Of a stretch of DNA of 64,000 bases, positions 57,177-64,000 are shown piece after piece (the first letter of the stretch is position 1; each line of letters opens with the position of its first letter). The stretch lies in NCBI GenBank assembly GCA_035652395.1, contig DASRDX010000012.1, positions 96,778-160,777 on the forward strand, written 5' to 3'. Origin of the DNA: Minisyncoccota bacterium. GTDB taxonomy: Bacteria; Patescibacteriota; Minisyncoccia; Phycocordibacterales; CAJBRS01. A program made the translations under genes and the position numbers. The notes beneath the pieces were generated by a model, which saw only the letters and a program-made list of their open reading frames with translations, searched no databases and was not told the origin of the DNA.

Positions 57177-57470
57177 ATGTTTCAGAAAAACAAAGAAGAT
57201 TTTATTTGTGAGAAGTGCGGGCATGAAGTGAAAGGGACGGGATACACCAATCATTGTCCGAAATGCTTATGGAGCAAGCATGTGGATATTAATCCCGGGG
57301 ATCGTCTGAGTGAATGTGGAGGGATGATGGAGCCGGTACGGGTGGAGGGACGCACCGGCTCTTATGATTTTGTCCACCGATGTTTACGCTGTGGCTACGA
57401 AAAGAGAAACAAGGTTTCGCCCGAAGACGACTTTCAGAAAGTGATTGAAATTTCTAGGAAGGCTGATTAA
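57177..57470 (+). CDS. RNHCP-domain zinc-ribbon protein
   Basis: 97 aa. CEKCGHE...TNHCPKCLW...CLRCGYE. Its ATG directly abuts the stop codon of the upstream gene. Confidence 0.55.
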   Translation: MFQKNKEDFICEKCGHEVKGTGYTNHCPKCLWSKHVDINPGDRLSECGGMMEPVRVEGRTGSYDFVHRCLRCGYEKRNKVSPEDDFQKVIEISRKAD

Positions 57471-58735
57471 TGAGGTAGATAGTTAAACAAAGTGGATTCA
57501 GAATTTTTAAAATTATTTACCAAAGTGGCAATGTCGCGGTTTAAAAAGGAACTCAAGGTGTATCCAGTATGAGTTTTTAAGTCGACATTAATGTAATTGA
57601 GAGTAATGGCCTGAATATCCTGCTCTGAAGTATTACTGTTGTCTGGAACGGTGGTGGCGATCAGAGCAATCATTTGGCCGGCTTGATTGAGGATGCCCCC
57701 ACCAGAAGCTCCACGTTCAGCTAGAGAACTAGCTGTTGTTCTAATTAGATCTTTGCTGTTAGTGCCGGTGAAGGTGTAAGCGTCGATAACATTCATCAGG
57801 GCTGTTTGAATGGGTAGATTTTTCATAACGGTGGTGCCGGAAAAACTACTAGCTGGATAACCAACTCCTAAAATGGAGGTATTAGGTGAAAGGGAATTAA
57901 TAGATGTATCTAAAGAAAGATACGGAAAACTCCCGGGAACACTTCCGCCATTTATACCCGCCGTGACTGCTACTAAAGCGTAATCGCCAGCGCCGGTTTC
58001 TTGCGGCTGGTTCGCATTATTAATATTTGCTCCGTATTGGCGAAGCCATTCCTCTGAAATATGTACAAGAGACGCTTTGTATTGAGCCACGGCTGGAGAG
58101 CCACGACGAATAACACATTGTTTATTGGGATCCTGAAAATAATCGTCTAGGAGAAGGTGATCGGCCACATGAGCATTCGTTAAAATGATGCCTTTGGGAT
58201 CAATTATGACGCCACTGCCAGTCAGTATTTCAATAAGATTGCCGGATTGGCTGGTGCAATAAATATTGACGATGGCGGCCCGAGCCTTTTCATCCAGACT
58301 GGCATTGGCAGGAGGAGTTTGTGGTGGCGTAGCTGGAACTTGAGAAGGGAACGAAGAGGAGGCGGGTTGAATTGGAATGTTTGGAATGACTGGCACCGGA
58401 TTTGGGGCCGGAGTTTGAATGACTGGAATCTTTGGAGCGATCGGAGATTCAGTTTTGGGAACGGAAATTTTAGGAAAGGCCGGGACTTGAATAGCCAAAG
58501 TTGGCAACTTTTCTTTTTTGGTGGAAGTACTGGTGTTTGAAGGCCGGGTGCTCGAAGCATTAACACTAACAGCTGTTGGTACCAGAGGAGCGTAAGTAGA
58601 AAAAGAAGTAGTGGCCAATCGTTGTTCAAGACCGGGCAAACTGACTGACTTGTGAGTGGGTGGAGTGGTATAAGGAAAACCCAAAAAAGAACCGATTGAA
58701 AGAAGAATGGCGATGAGGGGAGAGAGAGGGTTCAT
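57467..58735 (-). CDS. secreted trypsin-like (S1) serine protease with a Pro-rich N-terminal region
   Basis: 422 aa. Transmembrane/signal region, ILTNAHV (His), GASGGG (Ser motif). Confidence 0.6.
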   Translation of the reverse strand: MNPLSPLIAILLSIGSFLGFPYTTPPTHKSVSLPGLEQRLATTSFSTYAPLVPTAVSVNASSTRPSNTSTSTKKEKLPTLAIQVPAFPKISVPKTESPIAPKIPVIQTPAPNPVPVIPNIPIQPASSSFPSQVPATPPQTPPANASLDEKARAAIVNIYCTSQSGNLIEILTGSGVIIDPKGIILTNAHVADHLLLDDYFQDPNKQCVIRRGSPAVAQYKASLVHISEEWLRQYGANINNANQPQETGAGDYALVAVTAGINGGSVPGSFPYLSLDTSINSLSPNTSILGVGYPASSFSGTTVMKNLPIQTALMNVIDAYTFTGTNSKDLIRTTASSLAERGASGGGILNQAGQMIALIATTVPDNSNTSEQDIQAITLNYINVDLKTHTGYTLSSFLNRDIATLVNNFKNSESTLFNYLPH

Positions 58736-58857
58736 TGATGGTTGTTGAAATTATAAACACAATTGCCCGCATATACCAGATTTGCTAGGATAATTCTACT
58801 CTAAGGAGCTCCGAACTCGAAGGTTCGGAGAATGTGAGATGTTTTAACTCGTGTTAA

Positions 58858-58928
58858 GCGGGATTAGTTTATTGGTAAAACATCAGTTTTCCAAACTGAG
58901 GTGGGGAGTTCGATTCTCCCATCCCGCA
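58858..58928 (+). tRNA. tRNA-Gly (anticodon TCC)
   Basis: Acceptor GCGGGAT/ATCCCGC, anticodon stem TCAGT/ACTGA with loop TTTCCAA, T-arm GGGAG-TTCGATT-CTCCC. No encoded CCA. Confidence 0.75.
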
Positions 58929-58938
58929 CTTTAAAACA

Positions 58939-58964
58939 AAAGGCTGGCGCTTCGCGCCGGCCTT
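58939..58964 (+). terminator. hairpin AAGGCTGGCGC-ttc-GCGCCGGCCTT followed by TTTGTTT
   Basis: Lies downstream of tRNA-Gly. Confidence 0.6.
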
Positions 58965-59020
58965 TTGTTTAGTGAGACGAAACTGTAATTTGTCCAAAAG
59001 TTCTACCGATTTTTGGACAC

Positions 59021-59293
59021 CTATTTGACTGCGTCTTTCAGAGCTTTAGCTGCTCTGAATTTTGGTACTCGCATAGCGGCTACCTGGATAGATTCGCCGG
59101 TGCGAGGGTTGCGAGCGGTTCTAGCTGCTCGTTGTTTAGCTACGAAAATACCAAGGCCGGAGATTGAAACTTCTTCTCCTTTCTTGAGAGTGTTGACGAT
59201 TGAGTCGATGACAGTATCCATTACTTTTTCAGCCTGAACTCGAGTCCCCCCGAGCACCTGCTGAATAGCTTCTACAATTCCTGCTTTATTCAT
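59021..59293 (-). CDS. hup: DNA-binding protein HU
   Basis: 90 aa from the internal Met: MNKAGIVEAIQQ...GLGIFVAKQRAARTARNPRTGE. Confidence 0.85.
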   Translation of the reverse strand: MNKAGIVEAIQQVLGGTRVQAEKVMDTVIDSIVNTLKKGEEVSISGLGIFVAKQRAARTARNPRTGESIQVAAMRVPKFRAAKALKDAVK

Positions 59294-59417
59294 TTGAGTG
59301 TTTTTGGCTAATAAATTTAGCTCGACCACTTTTAAACCTATCCATAACTACGAAAATTATTATATATTAGGCCATTTTTTAGGCAAGCGGAGTAAATATT
59401 TGAAGAAGTGTTAAAAA

Positions 59418-59444
59418 AAGGGCGGCCGCAAAGCGGCCGCCCTT
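59418..59444. terminator. terminator AAGGGCGGCCGC-aaa-GCGGCCGCCCTT downstream of rny
   Basis: Flanked by A- and T-tracts. Confidence 0.75.
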
Positions 59445-59484
59445 TTTATTCCCGTCAATAGTTATGTCAATACTCCTCTTACCA

Positions 59485-61017
59485 CTACCTAGCAAACTCT
59501 ACTGCCCGATTTTCCCTAATAACCGTTACCTTAATCTCCCCCGGATATTTCAACTCCTCTTCAATTCGTTTGGCAATATCCTGTGCCATTTTCTGAGCTT
59601 CCAGATCGGAGACCTCGGTCGGAGTAACAAAGATTCGAATCTCACGGCCGGCCTGCAAAGCATAAGATTTCTCCACACCCTTGAAACCGGTGGCAATCGC
59701 TTCCAAATCTCCCAAGCGCTTCAAATAATGTTCCATGGTGTCTCGGCGGGCGCCCGGTCGTCCCCCGGAAATAGAGTCGGCTGTCTGAACAATGATAGAT
59801 TCAATAGTTTCGTAAGGATATTCCTCGTGATGTGCCTGCATGGCCTTAATTACTTCTTCTGGAGCTCCGAATTTCTGGAGAATGCGTCGGCCGATTTCCA
59901 CGTGCGTGCCGGCCACCTCATGATCTACTGCCTTACCAATGTCGTGAAGCAGCGCTCCGGCTTTAGCTACTTGGACATTGGCACCCAATTCTTCCGCCAA
60001 CATGCCGGCAATGTGAGCCATTTCAATTGAATGCTGCAGAACGTTCTGACCGTAACTGGTTCGGAAATACAGGCGTCCCAAAATGGAAACAATTCTCGGA
60101 TCAAGATTGAAAACGCCTGTTTCATAAACTGCGTGCTCTCCTTTTTCCTTGATGATTTTATTTATTTCCTGTTTAGCTTTCTCTACCTCCTTTTCAATTT
60201 TAGCCGGCTGAATACGCCCATCTAAAATAAGATTTTCCAGAGCCAGTCGAGCAATCTGACGACGAACCGGATCGAAGGAAGAGATAGTAATAGAGCCCGG
60301 AGTATCGTCAACGATAATTTCTACTCCCGTTTCTCGCTCGAAAGCCTTGATGTTCCGGCCTTCTTTGCCGATAATCTTTCCCTTAATTTCGTCGGAAGGA
60401 ATGTCAACGTTCGTAGTGAAAAGATCGGCCGAGACGGAAGTAGCCAATCGCTGAATAGTCGTGGATAGAATATCTTTGGCTCGCTGTTCCAGTTTTTCTT
60501 GGCCGAATGTTTCCATCTTCTTCATTCGGGAGAGAATCTCTTCCTCATATTTTTTCTCGACACTCTGGAGAAGTTGCTCTTTAGCTTCTTCCTGTCCAAG
60601 CCGAGAGATTTTTTCCAATTCAGTGCGCTTCTGACTCTCCAAACTATCCACTCTTTCCTTAATCTCTTTTACTTCAGCAATTTTACTCTTAATATTTTCC
60701 ACCTCGTGGTCGATATCGGTCTGGCGAGTATCCAATAGCTCCTCCTTCTTGATTAAGCGGTCCTCAGTCTTCTTTAATTTATCTTCTTTCTCTTTAATTT
60801 CTTCGCGAATCTGCTTTAAAGTGCCCGCCGCTTCTTCTTCGGCGGCCAAAGTAATTCGCTTAGCTTCCTCTTTGGCATCAAGCATCATTTGCTTGATCTG
60901 AAGTTCCATTGAACCTTTTTTCCCCAAAGAAACCAGCACTCGAAGAAAATAACCGACAACTAAAGCCACCACTCCGGTGGAAGCTAGCATTAGAAACAAT
61001 ATTTTTAATGAAATCAT
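59485..61017 (-). CDS. rny: ribonuclease Y
   Basis: 510 aa. N-terminal transmembrane helix, coiled coil, KH domain, HD domain (LLHDIGKAVDHE). Confidence 0.9.
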   Translation of the reverse strand: MISLKILFLMLASTGVVALVVGYFLRVLVSLGKKGSMELQIKQMMLDAKEEAKRITLAAEEEAAGTLKQIREEIKEKEDKLKKTEDRLIKKEELLDTRQTDIDHEVENIKSKIAEVKEIKERVDSLESQKRTELEKISRLGQEEAKEQLLQSVEKKYEEEILSRMKKMETFGQEKLEQRAKDILSTTIQRLATSVSADLFTTNVDIPSDEIKGKIIGKEGRNIKAFERETGVEIIVDDTPGSITISSFDPVRRQIARLALENLILDGRIQPAKIEKEVEKAKQEINKIIKEKGEHAVYETGVFNLDPRIVSILGRLYFRTSYGQNVLQHSIEMAHIAGMLAEELGANVQVAKAGALLHDIGKAVDHEVAGTHVEIGRRILQKFGAPEEVIKAMQAHHEEYPYETIESIIVQTADSISGGRPGARRDTMEHYLKRLGDLEAIATGFKGVEKSYALQAGREIRIFVTPTEVSDLEAQKMAQDIAKRIEEELKYPGEIKVTVIRENRAVEFAR

Positions 61018-61215
61018 GGCGAAATTGATTTCGCCTTAGGCGCCCAAAAAACTTATGAGACTAGATATTCAATTCTTAAGGATTTTAACATTTGAATAAA
61101 AGTGAAGAGTCGGTGCGGAATCAAGGTCATCTGTGGCGGTCTAAAACAAAATCGAAATTTAAATTTTAATGAAATCAATATACATCATTCGTTACAGATT
61201 GTCCACGTAGAGTTG

Positions 61216-61244
61216 TTGACACTGAATATGAAAGATGTTATAAT
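61216..61244 (+). promoter_or_regulatory. consensus sigma70-type promoter TTGACA-17 nt-TATAAT
   Basis: Exact hexamers at 61216-61221 and 61239-61244. Confidence 0.6.
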
Positions 61245-61250
61245 CAATAA

Positions 61251-61380
61251 AACATTCACATTAGAAAAAATGTAGCCGATTACAAACGGGAACCCAGAGG
61301 GAAATGGCAAGTACCGTCAATTCTTCGGTGATGAGGTTCTTTGTATAGAGCCCCTCATATTTTTATGAGGGGCTCTTTGC
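61251..61380 (+). ncRNA. candidate small RNA, about 125 nt, running from the consensus promoter to the intrinsic terminator
   Basis: Ends in AGAGCCCCTCAT-attttt-ATGAGGGGCTCT followed by TTT. No ORF longer than 14 codons. The same hairpin is the clpP terminator on the other strand. Confidence 0.4.
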
Positions 61381-61953
61381 TTAATTCAAAACCTTATCAA
61401 TAATGCCGTATTTCTTGGCTTCCTCGGCGTTCATCCAGAAATTTCGGTCAACGTCCTTTTCAATCTTGCTCAAAGGCTGACCCGTATTTTTAGCCAGCAT
61501 TTTATTTAGAATTTCCCGATTTTTCAGAATTTGTTTGGCCGTAATTTCAATGTCCGAGGCCTGACCTTCCACGCCACCGGACGGCTGATGAATCATGATT
61601 TCGGAATTAGGCAAAGTAAATCGTTTGCCCTTCTTGCCGGCAGATAGAATCATTGCTCCCATGGAAGCGGCTACGCCGACGCAAATCGTAGAGATATCAT
61701 TCTTAACATGATTCATCGTATCAATAATGGCCATACCGGCTGTCACCATGCCACCCGGGGAATTAACATAAAGATTGATATCTTTTTTCGGATCTTCCGA
61801 TTGCAGAAATAAAAGCTGGGCAATAACAATATTAGCCACATTATCATCAATTGGGCCGCCCAAAAAAATAATATTTTCGCGCAAAAGGCGAGAGTAAATA
61901 TCGTAAGCGCGTTCGCCGAATTGGGATTTTTCAATAACTGTTGGAATAAGCAT
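61381..61953 (-). CDS. clpP: ATP-dependent Clp protease proteolytic subunit
   Basis: 190 aa with catalytic Ser (AASMGA) and His (MIHQP). Confidence 0.9.
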   Translation of the reverse strand: MLIPTVIEKSQFGERAYDIYSRLLRENIIFLGGPIDDNVANIVIAQLLFLQSEDPKKDINLYVNSPGGMVTAGMAIIDTMNHVKNDISTICVGVAASMGAMILSAGKKGKRFTLPNSEIMIHQPSGGVEGQASDIEITAKQILKNREILNKMLAKNTGQPLSKIEKDVDRNFWMNAEEAKKYGIIDKVLN

Positions 61954-62064
61954 ATTTGAGTTGAAGGTTAAAGGTTAAAAGTTAAAGATAATAATGCGGT
62001 GAGTATAGCAGATGGTATTTAGGGGGCAAGTAGCGAGCGGCCAGAAATTCTCTATACTATTAGT

Positions 62065-62781
62065 ATGAGATTACATCGATTCCTGCTCACTGAGGAGATA
62101 GCCGATCGCAAAGAGGTAATTATTTCCGATTCAGACCTAATTCATCAATGGCGGCAGGTTTTTCGGTTTACAGTAGGCACTCAGCTTATTCTTTTTGACA
62201 ACTCCGGATTTGAATATCTTGGCTTAATTTCTAAGCTTTCCCACCTTGGGGCAGTCGTTCGAATTTTGAATAAAGAAGATAGAAGCACCTCGTTACCTGA
62301 AGTTTGCCTTTTCGCCGCTCTGATAAAGAAGGATAATTTTGAGTGGATTATTGAAAAAACCACAGAATTGGGAGTTTCACAGATTGTGCCTATTATTTCT
62401 GATCGAAGCGAGAAGAAAGGTTTGAATATGATACGAGCTAAGAAAATCATCAAAGAAGCTAGTGAGCAATCTGGAAGGGTGAAGTTAACCAGGTTGAATG
62501 AGCCCACCGATTTGGAGGAGTTGCTGAAGAGTTTAGATAAAGGAGATGAAGAGAAGGTGAAGATTTTCTCAATTGATCCCAAAGGAAAACCTTTTGATGA
62601 AAAGATCTCGGCAAAGATTGCGAGAGAAGTCGGAGTGTTTGTCGGACCGGAAGGAGGCTGGACGGAAAGGGAACTGGAATTATTTAAACGCAAAAGGATT
62701 CCGATTTACAGTCTCGGCTCTCAAATCCTCCGAGCCGAGACTGCCGCCGTGGCAATTGCGTCGCTTCTCCTCCTGAAATAA
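62065..62781 (+). CDS. rsmE: 16S rRNA (uracil1498-N3)-methyltransferase RsmE
   Basis: 238 aa. N-terminal PUA-like region, C-terminal VGPEGGWTEREL motif. Confidence 0.75.
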   Translation: MRLHRFLLTEEIADRKEVIISDSDLIHQWRQVFRFTVGTQLILFDNSGFEYLGLISKLSHLGAVVRILNKEDRSTSLPEVCLFAALIKKDNFEWIIEKTTELGVSQIVPIISDRSEKKGLNMIRAKKIIKEASEQSGRVKLTRLNEPTDLEELLKSLDKGDEEKVKIFSIDPKGKPFDEKISAKIAREVGVFVGPEGGWTERELELFKRKRIPIYSLGSQILRAETAAVAIASLLLLK

Positions 62782-62783
62782 AT

Positions 62784-62954
62784 ATGAGTTCAAAACCTTT
62801 AATCTGGATCGGAATGTTTATTGGTTCAACTATCGGCGGATTTATTCCGAGTCTTTGGGGCGCCGGCTTTTTCTCCTTTTCATCAATAATCTTGACTACC
62901 GTCGGAGGAATTTTCGGGATCTGGGTCGCTTTTAAAATCAGCAACAATTATTTT
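62784..62954 (+). CDS. small two-helix membrane protein (56 aa), GlsB/YeaQ/YmgE-like
   Basis: Below the six-frame ORF cutoff. Gly-zipper-rich: MSSKPLIWIGMFIGSTIGGFIPSLWGAGFFSFSSIILTTVGGIFGIWVAFKI. Confidence 0.35.
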
Positions 62955-63961
62955 TGACTCTCCAGAAACTGCCAAACTTTTTCATTAGTGAGAATTTGTT
63001 CAACGTAAAGACGGGCTCGCATCGGATCGGCGTCTTTATGATGGGACAGAATATGTTCCATTTCCTGTTCAACCGCTTTTTTGTCGGCTTCAATTTTTTC
63101 TTCCAAGGCAATCTTGGCTAAGATCAATTCCATTTTCACTCTCTTAATGGCATCATCTTTCCATTCATCTTTTACATCGGCTTCAGTTTTGCCGATTTGT
63201 TTAAAATAATCTTCCGGTTTTAGGCCCATGCCAGAAATATTGCCTTTAAATTGAGCCAGCATCTTTTCTTTTTCGCTTTCAATCAAGACTTCGGGAATTT
63301 CCACCTTTGTTTTGTCAATGATCTTGTCAAGGAGGGTCAATCGTTCTTTCTCTCGCAGGCGCAATTCTTTTTCCAGTTGTAAATTTTCTCGTAATTTAGT
63401 TTTGAAATCTTCCACATTTTTGAAATCGCCAAAACTTTTTACCAATTCGTCGGTCAACTCCGGAGTCGGATCCGTTTCAGTTTTTCGCCGACTCTCTCGA
63501 GCTCGAGTCAAAGTTTCTTCAAATTCCTGATCAGTCACCTCGGCTTTTTCGGCCGTCTTCATGGCTTCTTTGGCTATTTTTTTATAATCCGGCAGCGAGA
63601 ATTCCGGCAGGACGGCCAGGGTGATTTTAAAAACAACGGGATTTTTAGCCGCCAGTGTGGGGATGGCAATTTGGGGACGCCCGACCGGATTAACCTTGGC
63701 CTCGGTGAGAATTTTTAAATAAAGATTTTCTAGGGCGAGCGAGGCCGACTCTTCCAATAGGCCGAGCTCGCCGACTCGCTCAATTAAGACTTTTTCCGGA
63801 ATATGCCCCTCGCGAAAGCCGTCAATCTTAAGACGGCTATTGAGGTTTTTCACCGCCTCTTTTCGGTAGCTTTCCACTACTTCTTCCGGAATTTCCGCTT
63901 CAATCTCAACTTGAGAATGAGGAAGAGGCGCAATCTTTAAGATTTTAAAATTTTGGTTCAT
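62948..63961 (-). CDS. tig: trigger factor (short form)
   Basis: 337 aa. N-terminal ribosome-binding-domain pattern; lies upstream of clpP in the conserved tig-clpP order. Confidence 0.6.
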   Translation of the reverse strand: MNQNFKILKIAPLPHSQVEIEAEIPEEVVESYRKEAVKNLNSRLKIDGFREGHIPEKVLIERVGELGLLEESASLALENLYLKILTEAKVNPVGRPQIAIPTLAAKNPVVFKITLAVLPEFSLPDYKKIAKEAMKTAEKAEVTDQEFEETLTRARESRRKTETDPTPELTDELVKSFGDFKNVEDFKTKLRENLQLEKELRLREKERLTLLDKIIDKTKVEIPEVLIESEKEKMLAQFKGNISGMGLKPEDYFKQIGKTEADVKDEWKDDAIKRVKMELILAKIALEEKIEADKKAVEQEMEHILSHHKDADPMRARLYVEQILTNEKVWQFLESQK

Positions 63962-64000
63962 ATTAATTAGAGAAATTAACTGGAAGTGGCGCTAACCTGA

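Noticed and set aside
59464-60030. 188-aa plus-strand ORF
   Set aside because: Antisense to the well-supported rny gene.
1-64000. CRISPR arrays, rRNA genes, transposases or IS elements
   Set aside because: No regularly spaced direct repeats, no rRNA-like conserved blocks and no DDE or transposase-like ORFs were seen. The only recombinase is the housekeeping-type XerC/D next to rpsO.

Overview
This 64-kb window looks like a reduced, low-GC (about 40-45%) bacterial chromosome with Candidate Phyla Radiation (CPR)/Patescibacteria-like character. That assignment is inference from shortened housekeeping proteins, Gram-positive-type type IV secretion (T4SS) genes, many peptidoglycan-binding secreted proteins, and strong GC-rich hairpin terminators in AT-rich DNA. 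It contains the replication-origin neighbourhood: dnaA-dnaN-DUF721 on the minus strand, diverging from rpmH-rnpA-yidC on the plus strand. Core genes present are polA, holA-like, tsaE, pilB, ruvB, yebC, ruvC, tyrS, a class A penicillin-binding protein (PBP), ksgA, pcrA/uvrD, comM, dksA/traR, pnp, rpsO, xerC/D, xth, cca, rny, clpP, rsmE, tig and hup. Five tRNAs are called by eye: a partial Lys, Arg-TCG, Gly-GCC, Pro-TGG and Gly-TCC; none encodes a 3' CCA. Accessory content falls into four groups. First, a roughly 17-kb T4SS-like locus (20.0-37.1 kb) with VirB4, VirB3/PrgI-like, VirB6-like and a VirB2-like pilin fused to a DPBB lytic domain, plus three divergently encoded PG-binding cell-wall hydrolases. 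Second, a tRNA-flanked region (52.4-57.5 kb) carrying a YraN-family gene, a MYG1-family gene, a GC-rich orphan gene, and a translationally coupled pair encoding a putative 2H-phosphoesterase/MYG1-like fusion and an RNHCP zinc-ribbon protein; I read this pair as a candidate RNA 3'-end processing or repair module. Third, a roughly 1-kb high-GC (about 58%) island encoding a secreted Gly-rich protein, with a tRNA 3'-fragment at its edge. Fourth, several candidate non-coding elements: an inverted-repeat-bounded 221-bp structured element, and two promoter-plus-terminator-defined small-RNA candidates. No rRNA, CRISPR array or transposase was seen. All functional calls come from motif recognition by eye; no searches were run.
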